In this document: one piece after another, positions 11,529-21,598 of the stretch | Position numbering within the stretch: the stretch's first letter is position 1 | How the letters are laid out: every line of letters starts with the position of its first letter | From: Pararhodobacter sp. | Lineage (GTDB): Bacteria; Pseudomonadota; Alphaproteobacteria; Rhodobacterales; Rhodobacteraceae | Direction of reading: 5' to 3' | DNA: 64,000 bases | NCBI GenBank assembly: GCA_020832545.1 | Contig: JAFIEK010000013.1 | Coordinates: 10,973 to 74,972 of the forward strand | Made by a program: the position numbers and the translations under genes | The notes under the pieces: model-generated | Databases searched by the model: none | What the model was told of the DNA's origin: nothing | Seen by the model: the letters and a program-made list of their open reading frames with translations, nothing else

Positions 11529-12223
11529 GCGCCGACCCCCCGCACAATCCCGCGATTGGCCCGCTTTTCAAGCTGTTGCAGCACCACCATGGCGACGATG
11601 GTCATGGCCAGATACAAAAGCGCAGCGAAGAGGAAGAAGGTGAAGGGCTGGCGGGTGAAGCCGACAGCATATTCTGTCTTGCGCATCAACTCTTCCAGCC
11701 CGATCACCGACACCAGCGCGGTTTCCTTGAGGATCACCAGAAAGATATTGCCCAAGCCCGGCAGCGCCAGCCGCCAGACCTGCGGCAGCGACACCCGGCG
11801 AAAGGCGGTGAAGCGCGACATGCCAACGGCGCGTGCGGCCTCGATCTGGCCCTTTGGGATGGCCTGAAATGCACCGCGAAACACCTCGGTTGCATAGGCA
11901 CCGAAGGCCAGTGACAGCGCGGCGGTGCCCGCCACAAAGGCGCTGAGATCGATGAACTGGGTGTGCCCCAGACTGCGGGCGATGGCGTTCACGCCCGAGA
12001 TGGCGCCGAAGTAGAACAGCAAGATCACCACAAGGATCGGCACGCCGCGCAGCACGGTGGTATAGATGTCACCCAGAAGCCGGGCGATGCGGCTGTTGGA
12101 CAGCTTCATCAGCGCCACGCCCAGCCCCAGCAGAATGCCAAAGAACGCGGCCGTCAGTGCCACCTGAACGGTCATCCATGCGCCCAGAAGCAGCATCGGG
12201 CCAAAGCCCTGCAAGTCGAACAT
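11525..12223 (-). CDS. polar amino acid/opine ABC transporter permease (HisQ-like)
   Basis: 232-aa membrane ORF. AYATEVFRGAFQAIPKGQIEAARAVGMSR. Confidence 0.85.
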
Positions 12224-12281
12224 CGTGACTATCCCGGTTCAGGTGGAAGCGCCCCGGCAGGTTGGTGCCGGGGCGGGGCAA

Positions 12282-13049
12282 TCAGCGTGCGGGCATCAGG
12301 CTGACGGTGAAGTAACGATCGTTGATCTCGGCATAGGTGCCGTTGTCCATGATTGCATCCAGTGCGGCGTCCAGCCGCTCCAGCAGATCGGTGTCGTCCT
12401 TGCGTACGGCGATGCCAGCGCCGAGGCCAAGGATTTCGGGCTCAAGCATGGCCTCGCCCTTCATCTCAAACCCTGCGCCCTCGTCGCTTTCCAGCCAGTT
12501 CGACATAAAGATCCGCTGCGCGATCACGCCATCCAGCCGTCCGGCGATCAGGTCGAGGTTGTGGTTCTCGACCGTGTCATAGAGGCGTGTAGTTGCGTCC
12601 GGGAACCGCTGGTCGATCAAGTTGGCATAGGTCGAGGCGCGCTGCACGCCGATGATCTGGCCTGCCATTGCCTCGGCCTCGGGCATGATGTTGGAGTCGA
12701 CCGGGGCCACCAGAACAGCGCCCGCCTGATAATAGGGCTGGGTGAAGTTCACCGCTTCAAGCCGCGCCGGGGTGATCGACATCGAGGCGACGATGGCATC
12801 ATAGCGGCCCGCGTTCAGCCCCGGGATGATCCCGTCCCAGGCCTGCGCTGTGATCTCGCATTCGATCTCCATTTCGGCGCAGAGGGCACGGGCGATATCG
12901 ACATCAAAACCCTGCAATTCGCCCGAGGAATCGACAAAGTTGAACGGGGGGTAGGCGCCTTCTGTGGCGATGCGCAGTGGATCGGCCTGGGCTGCAAAGG
13001 CGGTCATGCCCAGTGCGGCAATGGTGAGGGTGAGGATTTTGATGGTCAT
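12282..13049 (-). CDS. periplasmic polar amino acid/opine-binding protein
   Basis: 255 aa with signal peptide MTIKILTLTIAALGMTAFAAQA, then LRIATEGAYPPFNF...GFDVDIA, typical of LAO/octopine-type binding proteins. Confidence 0.85.
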   Translation of the reverse strand: MTIKILTLTIAALGMTAFAAQADPLRIATEGAYPPFNFVDSSGELQGFDVDIARALCAEMEIECEITAQAWDGIIPGLNAGRYDAIVASMSITPARLEAVNFTQPYYQAGAVLVAPVDSNIMPEAEAMAGQIIGVQRASTYANLIDQRFPDATTRLYDTVENHNLDLIAGRLDGVIAQRIFMSNWLESDEGAGFEMKGEAMLEPEILGLGAGIAVRKDDTDLLERLDAALDAIMDNGTYAEINDRYFTVSLMPAR

Positions 13050-13082
13050 GAGGTCAGGCTCCCTGGTTGATGATTTTTTTGG

Positions 13083-13844
13083 TTAGTTGTCAAAGGACTG
13101 GCTGACGAACTGGCGGCAGCGGTCAGAATGTGGTGCGGCAAAGACCTGCTCTGGCGGGCCTTCTTCTTCAACGTATCCCTGATGGAAATACATCACCTTT
13201 GACGAGACCTCTCGCGCGAAGCGCATCTCGTGGGTGACGATGATCATGGTGCGGTCTTCCTCGGCCAGAGCGCGCATCACGCGCAGCACCTCGCCCACCA
13301 GTTCAGGGTCCAGCGCAGAGGTGGGCTCATCAAACAGCAGCACATCCGGCTCCATCGCCAGTGCCCGCGCAATGGCCGCGCGTTGCTGCTGCCCGCCTGA
13401 CAGATGCGACGGGTATTGATGGCGTTTGTCGCGGATGCCCACCTTGTCCAAGAGCGCCTCGGCGCGCTCTTCGGCCTCACGCCGGGGAAGGCCCAGCACA
13501 TGGATCGGCGCTTCGGTCAGGTTTTGCAGCACGGTGCGATGTGACCAGAGGTTGAAGTTCTGAAACACCATCCCCACCCGGCGGCGGATGCGATCTGCCT
13601 GGCGGTTGTCGACCTTGCCGCCGGGGCGCACATTCAGCCGTTCGCCATAGATGCGGATTTCGCCCTTGTCATAGGTTTCCAGCAGGTTGATGCAGCGCAG
13701 GAAGGTGCTTTTGCCTGAGCCGCTGGCCCCGATGATCGAAACCACATCGCCCTTTTCGGCGGTCATCGAGATGCCTTTGAGCACCTCCAGTGCGCCGAAA
13801 CTCTTGTGCAGGTCACTGACCGAGACCGGCGTTTCATCGCTCAT
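13083..13844 (-). CDS. polar amino acid/opine ABC transporter ATP-binding protein (HisP/OccP-like)
   Basis: 253 aa. Walker A GASGSGKST, signature LSGGQQQRAAIARAL, Walker B LLFDEPTSALD. Confidence 0.9.
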   Translation of the reverse strand: MSDETPVSVSDLHKSFGALEVLKGISMTAEKGDVVSIIGASGSGKSTFLRCINLLETYDKGEIRIYGERLNVRPGGKVDNRQADRIRRRVGMVFQNFNLWSHRTVLQNLTEAPIHVLGLPRREAEERAEALLDKVGIRDKRHQYPSHLSGGQQQRAAIARALAMEPDVLLFDEPTSALDPELVGEVLRVMRALAEEDRTMIIVTHEMRFAREVSSKVMYFHQGYVEEEGPPEQVFAAPHSDRCRQFVSQSFDN

Positions 13845-13864
13845 TCGGCATCCTTCTCACCCTG

Positions 13865-13904
13865 TGTTCGCCTAGCGGATAAGCGTTCGCTTCGTGAACG
13901 AATC
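13865..13904. promoter_or_regulatory. candidate IclR (PcaR-type) operator/leader motif, copy 1
   Basis: tgttcgcctagcggataagcgttcgcttcgtgaacgaatc lies 20 nt upstream of the ABC-ATPase start. It contains CGTTC-N7-GAACG plus an extra upstream TGTTCG repeat. 29 of 40 positions are identical to the block at 17907-17946 by hand alignment. Confidence 0.55.
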
Positions 13905-13975
13905 TAGCAACGACTTAGCCGCGATGTCAACCCGGCGACTGGACAGGAAGGCGCGCTTTTTCAGGGTCTACGGGG

Positions 13976-14761
13976 TCAGAGGCGCTTCGACAGCGCAAAT
14001 TCGATTTCTGAAGCCGCCTTGCGCAGAACGGGCAGCAAATCCCGTTGCAGCGATTCCCGGTCATGGCGAGAAGATGGCACGCCCATGTTGATCGCTGCGA
14101 TGGTTGTTCCGGCCCGGTCGCGCACCGGAACGGCGATGGACAAGATGCCGGTCTCCAGCTGGCTTTCGGCCGCGCAAAAGCCTTCCCGGCGGCCCTGCAC
14201 GATAACCTGGCGCAGGCGGGCGCGGTCGGTCACGGTGTGGGGCGTGACCTGCCGCAGCTCGACCCCGGCCAGAACGCGGTCCAGTTCATGGTCATCCAGC
14301 CCCCCCAGCAGCACCCAGCCCAGCGATGTATAGTGCGCCGGGTAACGCTTGCCGATGGTGATGCTGATCGACATCATCCGCTCGGCGGTATGGCGCACGA
14401 CATAGACAATATCCGGCCCGTCCAGCACCGCCATCGAGCAGGGTTCCTTGGCACGGTCTGCGGCGGCTTTGAGGATGGGGTTGGCGATGTCGATAAAGGA
14501 ATGTGAGCTGAAATAGGCCATGCCCAGTTCAAGCACACGCGGGCGCAAGCGGTAGTCGCGGCCATCGAAGCTGGCATAGTCCAGCGCAACCAGTGTTTTG
14601 AGAAACCGCCCGGCAGCCGCGCGTGACAGGTTGGTCTTGCGCGCCACATCGCTCAGCGTCATGGCCGGGGTGTCCTGATCAAACGCTTTCAGCACCGCCA
14701 GCCCCCGCGCCAGTGAGCGCACGAAATCGCCGGAGTCGCCTGTTTCGCTGCTGTCGTCCAT
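13976..14761 (-). CDS. IclR-family transcriptional regulator, PcaR/PobR-like subfamily
   Basis: ORF 13976..14899 trimmed to ATG 14761 (MDDSSETGDSGDFVRSLARGLAVLKAF...). Contains MTLSDVARKTNLSRAAAGRFLKTLVALDY (HTH) and SLGWVLLGGL...GILSIAVPVRD...AAINMG effector-domain blocks. Confidence 0.85.
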   Translation of the reverse strand: MDDSSETGDSGDFVRSLARGLAVLKAFDQDTPAMTLSDVARKTNLSRAAAGRFLKTLVALDYASFDGRDYRLRPRVLELGMAYFSSHSFIDIANPILKAAADRAKEPCSMAVLDGPDIVYVVRHTAERMMSISITIGKRYPAHYTSLGWVLLGGLDDHELDRVLAGVELRQVTPHTVTDRARLRQVIVQGRREGFCAAESQLETGILSIAVPVRDRAGTTIAAINMGVPSSRHDRESLQRDLLPVLRKAASEIEFALSKRL

Positions 14762-14802
14762 TATCCCCCCGGTTTTCGCTATTCGCGCGACCTTTTCGTC
14801 CT

Positions 14803-16407
14803 TTAGGCCAGTTGCCTGTTGTGTTTCAAGATCACCCGCGCCGCATTCCAGCCCGGCAGCCCCGTGACGCCCCCGCCCGGATGTGTGCCCGAGCCGCATT
14901 GAAACAGGCCGCGCACCGGAGTGGTGTGATCGGCAGCTTCCGAGGCCGGGCGCAGGCTGAAGAGCTGGTCCAGATGCATTTCGCCGTGGAAGATATCGCC
15001 GCCCACCAGCCCGTATTCCTCTTCAAGGTCCAGCGGTGTGAGGGCCTTGTAGCCCAGCACCGCGCCGGGAAAGTTGGGGGCATATTGGCCGATCGCATCG
15101 ATGATGTGGTGCGCGACGCGGTCGCGGTGGTCATGCCAGCTTGCGCCATCGGGCAGCACCGGGTTGAAATGCTGGCAAAACAGCCCCGCGATATGCCGCC
15201 CCTCGGGCGCCAGCGCCGGGTCGATCGTGGTAGGAATACACATCGAGATCACCGGCGCATCCGACCAACCTTTGTGTCGCGCGTCATCATAGGCGCGTTC
15301 CAGATAGGCCAGCGAAGGGGCGATGGTGACAGTGCCCTGATGGTGGCGCTGCATGTCCGAACCGGGGCGGGCGGTGAAATCGGGTAGTTCCGACAGCGCC
15401 ACATTCATGCGGAAGGTGCCCGAGCGGCAGCGCCAGGCGTTGAGCTTACGCAGGAACCGGGGCTCAAGCAGGCTTTGGTCCAGCATGTTCAGAAACAACA
15501 GCTTCGGGTTGACGCTGGAGGCCACAATGCGTGCCCGCACCGTCTGGCCGTTTTCCAGCACCACACCGCGGGTGCGCTTGCCCTCGACAATCACCTCGCG
15601 CACGCTCGCGCCGGTCAGCACCCGCCCGCCCTGCGTCTCAAGCGATTTTTGTAACGCCTGTGTGATTGCCCCCATACCGCCGCGCGGCTGGCCCCATTTG
15701 CCGCGCTTGCCGTTCACCTCGCCGAATACATGGTGCAGCAGCACATAGGCCGAGCCGGTGGCATAGGGGCTGGCCATGTTGCCGACCAGCCCCTTGAAGC
15801 CATAAACGCCCTTAAAGGCCGCACTGTCGAACCGCTCATCGAGGAAATCTCCGAGGCTTTTCAGCATCAGAGCCGCGAATTCGGCGCGGTCTTCGGCGGG
15901 AAGCTGGCGCAGATGCCAGCCCGAGCGCGCGGCCTGCCACATTTCACCCCAACCGCCCGCCATGTCGGGCGCGCGTTCACGGGCGATGGCGCGCATCACA
16001 ACGGCGGCGCGGTCCAGAAGCGCACTGAGTTCGTCATAGGCGGCACCATCGCTGGCCGACAGCTGTGCCTTGACGGCGGCCTTGTCGGCCAGCAATTCGA
16101 TATGCGAGCCGTCAAGTGCCGGGCTGAAGGTGCCGCCCTGCCGTTCAAGTATTTCCAGCCCATGGCGGTGCAGGTCCAGATCGCGGATTACCTCGGGTGC
16201 CAGCAACCCGACCAGATAGGCGCAGGAGGAGTTGCGGAAACCGGGGAAGAACTCTTCCGTGACGCAGGCCCCACCGACAATGCCCCGCCGCTCAACCACT
16301 GCAACCTTCAGCCCTGCGCGCGCCAGATAGCCCGCGCAAACCAATCCATTGTGGCCACCGCCGATGATCACGGCATCAACATCAAGGGTTTCAGGAGCAT
16401 CGGTCAT
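14803..16407 (-). CDS. NAD(P)/FAD-dependent oxidoreductase, phytoene-desaturase (CrtI)/PYROXD2-like
   Basis: 534 aa. N-terminal dinucleotide fold DAVIIGGGHNGLVCAGYLARAGLKVAVVERR. C-terminal FQCGSGTHPGGGVTGLPG, typical of the CrtI family. Confidence 0.8.
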   Translation of the reverse strand: MTDAPETLDVDAVIIGGGHNGLVCAGYLARAGLKVAVVERRGIVGGACVTEEFFPGFRNSSCAYLVGLLAPEVIRDLDLHRHGLEILERQGGTFSPALDGSHIELLADKAAVKAQLSASDGAAYDELSALLDRAAVVMRAIARERAPDMAGGWGEMWQAARSGWHLRQLPAEDRAEFAALMLKSLGDFLDERFDSAAFKGVYGFKGLVGNMASPYATGSAYVLLHHVFGEVNGKRGKWGQPRGGMGAITQALQKSLETQGGRVLTGASVREVIVEGKRTRGVVLENGQTVRARIVASSVNPKLLFLNMLDQSLLEPRFLRKLNAWRCRSGTFRMNVALSELPDFTARPGSDMQRHHQGTVTIAPSLAYLERAYDDARHKGWSDAPVISMCIPTTIDPALAPEGRHIAGLFCQHFNPVLPDGASWHDHRDRVAHHIIDAIGQYAPNFPGAVLGYKALTPLDLEEEYGLVGGDIFHGEMHLDQLFSLRPASEAADHTTPVRGLFQCGSGTHPGGGVTGLPGWNAARVILKHNRQLA

Positions 16408-17897
16408 GGGGTGATGTCCTGTGGGGTCAGGTAGTGGGCAGGAACGTGTCGGTAGCGCAGAAGCCCTTGGTTGGCAGGGGCGGCGCCAGGGGCGTCAATG
16501 GTGATCAGCGCGCCGCACAGCGGTGCGAAACTGGCGCGAAAATGGTTCTTGGCCTTGACGCAAAAGAGCGCGGTTTGCGACAGGTCGATCCCATGAAGAT
16601 CACACCAGCCGGGGTCATTGGCGCTTTGGCAGGTCTCGGAAATGACGATCTGAAGCGCGCCTGATTGCAGAACGGCGGTGCGGCCCAGATTGACCGGCAT
16701 GCCGCGTTCCATGGGGCCGGTGTTGCGAAACCGGCCATCGGTGAGGCGGGTGATAGTGCCGTGAAACTGGACAGGGGCGCCAAAAACGGGCGCGATACAC
16801 CCGCCCAGTTGCGCGCTGATGGCCGATCCTTCGCCCAGTTCATGCGCGCGATCCACCAGCGCCGGGTCATGGAAGAAAGCAAAGACCACGGGCAGGTCAG
16901 ATTGCCGCGCGATCAGCGCATGCAACACCGCCGTTGTGTCACCGATCCCGCCTGACATCGGGTTGTCGGCGGCGTCGATTACCGCAACGGGCCAGCGGGT
17001 TCCGGCAGCCAGTTCGGCAAACGCCTGGTCCAACCCTTCGTCGGGCCCGGGCAGACCGGGAATGAACGCGCCATGCCGGGCCAGCGCAGCCGCAGCCAGC
17101 CTGTCGGCCGTGGTAACTGCGTCAACACCGGCCTCATGACACAGCGCAATGCAGGCATGGGCATGGGGCGTGTCGGCAAAGGCAAAACCGCCAGCCAGAT
17201 CTATATGATGCAGACCCGGCGCATTCTCATGTTGCGCTAGTTCCAGAAGCTCTGCCATTGGTCCGTGATCGGTGCGCATGTTATGGCTGGGGGGCAGCAT
17301 CGGCACCGGATGCAGGGTGACTGCGGGGCGTGCTGACCCTTCGACTGTCCGGCGTAGCAGCGTCAGCGCGCGTTCTGCGGTTTCGAACATATCGACATGT
17401 GGATAAGTGCGATAAATCGTCATCACATTCAGCAAGGGCGCAATGGCGGGGTTGAGGCAGGCATGCATGTCGAAGCTGGCTGCCAGCGGTACGTCAGGGC
17501 CAATCTCGGCACGGACGCGGGCGAGCAACGTGTGATCGGGGCTGAGATCTGCGGTGCCGATCAGTGCACCATGCAGCGACAGATACACCGCATCCCAGGG
17601 GCCCGCTGAGACGCCTTCGACAATCTCGGCAATGATCCGGTCCAGATCAGCCTGTTCCACCGGTCCGCCGGGGGGGGCCGAGGTGCAGCGCAGGTACTCA
17701 ATCTGCCAGCCGGGATTTTGCTGTGCGAACGCAACCACGGCGCCCATTTCGGTGGCGGTTCCGGCATAGAGCGCGGTGGCGGGCGCGCCTTTGACCCATT
17801 CACGCGCCTCAAACGCGGAAAGCCGCTGCGCGAGAGGGTTGAAGCTGTTGGCCTCGTACCACAGACGGGCCACGGCAAGGCGGAGCGGTCTGGTCAT
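16404..17897 (-). CDS. M81-family metallopeptidase (MlrC-like), paralog 2
   Basis: 497 aa. LAVARLWYEANSFNP, GTATEMG, LHGALI, FDMHACL and YPHVD share block order with paralog 1. 4-nt overlap with the downstream oxidoreductase gene. Confidence 0.8.
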   Translation of the reverse strand: MTRPLRLAVARLWYEANSFNPLAQRLSAFEAREWVKGAPATALYAGTATEMGAVVAFAQQNPGWQIEYLRCTSAPPGGPVEQADLDRIIAEIVEGVSAGPWDAVYLSLHGALIGTADLSPDHTLLARVRAEIGPDVPLAASFDMHACLNPAIAPLLNVMTIYRTYPHVDMFETAERALTLLRRTVEGSARPAVTLHPVPMLPPSHNMRTDHGPMAELLELAQHENAPGLHHIDLAGGFAFADTPHAHACIALCHEAGVDAVTTADRLAAAALARHGAFIPGLPGPDEGLDQAFAELAAGTRWPVAVIDAADNPMSGGIGDTTAVLHALIARQSDLPVVFAFFHDPALVDRAHELGEGSAISAQLGGCIAPVFGAPVQFHGTITRLTDGRFRNTGPMERGMPVNLGRTAVLQSGALQIVISETCQSANDPGWCDLHGIDLSQTALFCVKAKNHFRASFAPLCGALITIDAPGAAPANQGLLRYRHVPAHYLTPQDITP

Positions 17898-17906
17898 GAT
17901 TTCTTT

Positions 17907-17946
17907 CTGTTCGTCTGGCGGATATATGTTCGTTTATCGAACAATT
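17907..17946. promoter_or_regulatory. candidate IclR (PcaR-type) operator/leader motif, copy 2
   Basis: tgttcgtctggcggatatatgttcgtttatcgaacaattc lies 9 nt upstream of the MlrC-2 start. It contains the perfect inverted repeat TGTTCG-tttat-CGAACA (17926-17942) plus a third direct TGTTCG at 17907. This architecture resembles PcaU/PobR/PcaR sites as I remember them. Confidence 0.6.
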
Positions 17947-18130
17947 CGTAACGCTGCCCCCGCCCCTCTGTCAATCGCCGTTTCAGCGGAAGGGCCATGA
18001 GAGGAATTCCGCGCATCCTGCGACCAGCCTTTTTGCGAATCGCGACGATGTCGATAGCATTGGCGGCGCAACGACAGGTGCGGCCCTCACCCCCGGGGGA
18101 CCGCCCGGAACGGCAGAAAGCAGTCAGGCT

Positions 18131-18499
18131 ATGCAAGTCATACTTCACAAAACCCCGCTGATGCCCCCAGCGGAAGGGCCCGCCTCGATGGGGCTGGTTC
18201 TGGGCGATAATGTGCATCTTCAAGCCGATGGCGCCGGAAAGGTCATGGCCATGATCTGGCGGCACGGCGTCTGGCTGCCCCTGTTCGGACGGCGGCGGCG
18301 GCAAGTGCCGATCGGCGAGCTGTGCTCAGAGGCGGCGGAACTCATCGCTCCGGCGTTGAACGAGGGGGCCAACCTGCGCGTGCGCATTGTCGAGATTTGC
18401 CCCGCGCATTTGAGCGAGAACGGACAGGATGCCATCTGCCTGTCGGTCTGGGGTGACCGTGACCGGCTTGCCCGGGCGCGCCTGGACTGCGACGCATGA
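18131..18499 (+). CDS. hypothetical protein (possibly HIRAN-like, unverified)
   Basis: 122-aa ORF with strong GC3 bias in this frame. No motif I can name with confidence. Confidence 0.5.
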   Translation: MQVILHKTPLMPPAEGPASMGLVLGDNVHLQADGAGKVMAMIWRHGVWLPLFGRRRRQVPIGELCSEAAELIAPALNEGANLRVRIVEICPAHLSENGQDAICLSVWGDRDRLARARLDCDA

Positions 18500-18601
18500 T
18501 CAGCGGCCCGATGTAAAATCAGCCATGACGAAAAGGCACGCGCCCTGTCGCGGTGACCAACCGGCCCGTGGATAATGCTGCGGCCCGGCGGGCCATAGGG
18601 T

Positions 18602-18997
18602 TCACGACTGCGGGGGGCAGGAGAAAGTTTGCGACCGCCGGGGAGATGCTTTGGGCAGCAGTCGGTCGCGCAGCGCGAAATGGCTTTGCAGTTCATCCAG
18701 AACCGTATCATCGACCTTCACACGCCATTTGCTGCGCTTTTCGTGCGGTTCGAAGTGTAGCAGGCCATCATTGCGCCGGTCGCGGATGAACTTGAGCAGG
18801 GCCGGGGCGCTCAGGTGATCGGTATGAACCCGCTCGACAAGCCCATAGAGCCCGTCATCGGCGGGCCGGGCATGCTCGCACGCGAGCAGCAGCAGCAACT
18901 CCCATGTCGTGGCATTGCGGCGAAAAACGGACAGTTTGGGCGATGCACCGATGCGGCGCTCGTGCTCCAGTTCGATCCGAAGGGTGTCGAGGTTCAT
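18602..18997 (-). CDS. hypothetical protein (possible winged-helix)
   Basis: ORF 18602..19066 trimmed to ATG 18997 (MNLDTLRIELEHERR...). High GC3 in this frame. Convergent with the previous ORF. Confidence 0.5.
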   Translation of the reverse strand: MNLDTLRIELEHERRIGASPKLSVFRRNATTWELLLLLACEHARPADDGLYGLVERVHTDHLSAPALLKFIRDRRNDGLLHFEPHEKRSKWRVKVDDTVLDELQSHFALRDRLLPKASPRRSQTFSCPPQS

Positions 18998-19315
18998 GTC
19001 GGCATCTCCCGGTTTTGACCGCAAACACGCGGCACGAGGCAAATTTGGAAGCGGCCCAACCCGCAAAATGGAGCAAATTCAGACAAGACAGATCCAGATT
19101 CTCAGTAAAGTACCCATTCCAACACATTTGGGGCAGTTATGGTTTCCGACCAGCCCAAAATTTACATTTTTTTTAATATCTTGCCCGAATGAAAGCAATG
19201 CCTCTACCGCAACGATTGCCTTGCCTGGCGGCTATCCCGGCCAGAAAGAAACTGGCTTTGAGGACAACCTGACATTGCCCCTTTCCCTTGGCGCGCATGC
19301 ACCTAAACTTGGATC

Positions 19316-19810
19316 ATGCCTTACCTGCTGACCAGTGACACACATGACAGCGCCAGTCTGAAGCTCTGGCCACACAACACTCTGGCACCAAACGGTTTTG
19401 TGTTGGTGATCGGGTTAAGCGCGCTGGCGCTTGGCTTGCCGATGCTGGCGCTTTTGGGGTCCCCCACACTGTGGGGTCTGCTGCCGTTTGCGGTGCTCGC
19501 GCTCACAGGCCTGTGGTTTGCTTTGCAGCGCAACTGGCGTGACCGGCGGATAGTCGAGGAGTTGTACCTTAGTCGTACCCGTGTCTACCTGCGCCACGTC
19601 GCGCCTGATGGTCAGGTCAATGAGTGGACGGCAGATCCGCATTGGATCACCCTCAACCTGATCCCGCAAGGAGGGCCGGTGGAGCACTATCTGACCCTTA
19701 CCGGTGGCGGGCGAGAGGTTGAACTGGGTGCGTTTCTGACACCTGAGGAGCGTCTGGCGTTGCGTGAAGAACTGTCGGCGCTTCTGATCCGCCTGCGCTC
19801 ACATTCCTAG
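19316..19810 (+). CDS. DUF2244-like integral membrane protein
   Basis: 164 aa. LWPHNTLAPNGFVLVIG followed by two TM segments, then HWITLNL...YLTLTGGGREVELGAFLTPEER, the pattern I associate with DUF2244. Confidence 0.65.
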   Translation: MPYLLTSDTHDSASLKLWPHNTLAPNGFVLVIGLSALALGLPMLALLGSPTLWGLLPFAVLALTGLWFALQRNWRDRRIVEELYLSRTRVYLRHVAPDGQVNEWTADPHWITLNLIPQGGPVEHYLTLTGGGREVELGAFLTPEERLALREELSALLIRLRSHS

Positions 19811-19854
19811 CGGGAAAATGCGGGCTCGCGGACCGGGTCCAACCGGATCGGGCA

Positions 19855-20313
19855 TCAACTCAGGCGCGATTTCACCATCGGGCCGACCGCGCCGAAATCC
19901 ATCTGCCCGGTATACCGGGCCTTGAGGGCGTTCATAACGCGGCCCATGTCGCGGATCGAGGTGGCGCCAAGGGCCTTGATCTCGGCCTCGATCGCGGCCT
20001 GAACCTCAGTTTCGGTCAACTGGCGCGGCAAATAACCCTCGATCACCGCGATCTCGGCCTGTTCGCGCTCTACCAGTTCCAGCCGCCCGCCCTCTTCATA
20101 GGCGCGCGCACTGTCCTGGCGCTGTTTGGTCATGCGGGTCAGGATCGCCATGATCTCGCTATCGGTCAGTTCACGGTCCTCGCCTTCGCCGCGCAGAGCG
20201 ATATCACGGTCCTTGATCGCGGCACTGATAAGTCTGAGCGTGGACAAGCGCAGCGTATCCTTGGCGCGCATCGCTTCTTTGAGGTCCGTCGAGATCCGGG
20301 CGCGCAGCGTCAT
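19855..20313 (-). CDS. GatB/YqeY domain-containing protein
   Basis: ORF 19855..20832 trimmed to ATG 20313 ([38 protein letters not shown]...). The rest of the long ORF runs antisense through the tRNA gene. Confidence 0.85.
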   Translation of the reverse strand: MTLRARISTDLKEAMRAKDTLRLSTLRLISAAIKDRDIALRGEGEDRELTDSEIMAILTRMTKQRQDSARAYEEGGRLELVEREQAEIAVIEGYLPRQLTETEVQAAIEAEIKALGATSIRDMGRVMNALKARYTGQMDFGAVGPMVKSRLS

Positions 20314-20484
20314 AAAGTCATTCCGATTGCTGTTGCAACAAGCGCGCACCATAGCCCCCCGTGCCCCCAAGAGCAACGCCCGCCCGGCCTGACCGGTCAG
20401 CAAACAGCGTTTGTTCCAGAGAGAATCGAACGTGTTTCGGCGCACTTGACGGGCTTGGGAAATCCAACTAAGCCGACGCGCAAC

Positions 20485-20560
<76 letters not shown>

Positions 20561-20696
20561 GAAAAGCAATGCAAATTCTCACACAGGCCATCCGTTTGCG
20601 TTGACGCACGGTGATGATCAGGTCCGGCGCGAACTTTGCCCGGCGTGTGGGGAGCCATTGGAATGAGCCCACTGCAGCCAAGGGTTGCGGCCAGAA

Positions 20697-21293
20697 CTAA
20701 TAGAGGCTTTTGCGGTACAGTTCTTCGACAGCCGACTGTTCGATGGAGTCCACAGAAACTTCTGCATGATCCCGGATCATCTCGTTGAGTGAAGCAACCG
20801 GACGTGATGCTGGCCAGGTGTCCGGCTTCCACATTCCTGCGCGCAAAGGTGCTTTTCCACAGTGTGTAAATACTTCCTCTGCGGTAATTCGCAGGACAGT
20901 CTTGGGACTGCGCCCATTCACTTTGAACTGGTCACACATTGCGGCATCGCACAGAATTTCAGCGGTCCCATTCACTCTGAGTGTCTCGGAAACTGTCGGA
21001 ATAAAGAAGACAAGGGCAACCTTCGGATGAGACAAGATATTTATCAACCCATCAATGCGGTTGTTTCCAGGCCTGTCCGGAAGCAGCAAGGTCGTATCCG
21101 ACTCAACCTTTACAAACCCCGCCGGATCGCCTTTGGGGGAAACATCCAGGTTTTCTCCATCTGATGTTGCCAGAACCAGAAAGGTTGAGTGCTCGATAAA
21201 CTGACGGCAATGCCTGTCAAATTCTCGGATGACCTTTGCGGCCGCTCTTGGGGATGGCGCACCGTAAATTTGTCTGAGCTGTTCAGGTGTCAT
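20697..21293 (-). CDS. pyridoxamine 5'-phosphate oxidase (PPOX)-family FMN-binding protein
   Basis: ORF 20697..21386 trimmed to ATG 21293 ([57 protein letters not shown]...). Visibly lower GC than its neighbours. Confidence 0.65.
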   Translation of the reverse strand: MTPEQLRQIYGAPSPRAAAKVIREFDRHCRQFIEHSTFLVLATSDGENLDVSPKGDPAGFVKVESDTTLLLPDRPGNNRIDGLINILSHPKVALVFFIPTVSETLRVNGTAEILCDAAMCDQFKVNGRSPKTVLRITAEEVFTHCGKAPLRAGMWKPDTWPASRPVASLNEMIRDHAEVSVDSIEQSAVEELYRKSLY

Positions 21294-21598
21294 CAGGCAA
21301 GTCCTTGCGTTTCGATCACTGTTTGCGAAAATTTCTATGCTTGCAAGACCCTCAGGTTTGGGCTTGCTGGCGTGACGTGTCAACAACAGCCCTCAGCGGC
21401 GGCCGAAGGGTTGGCGGGTCTGGCACACGAGCGCGATGGAATCGTTCCTTTGGGCAATAAATTTTAGGGTGCCATTGGTTCACGCGGATGGCACGCGTGT
21501 TGCAGAACGCGAGAGTGCAAGCGTTGGCGGTCCGGCCCTTCAGGCACTGGAAATGATCGCATGCAATCCGCAACCGTGCCGGATGGGAAAGAGGAGGG

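Noticed and set aside
17894-18304. 136-aa minus-strand ORF
   Set aside because: It overlaps the better-coding plus-strand ORF 18131..18499 and would begin inside the MlrC-2 leader region. Its composition is poor.
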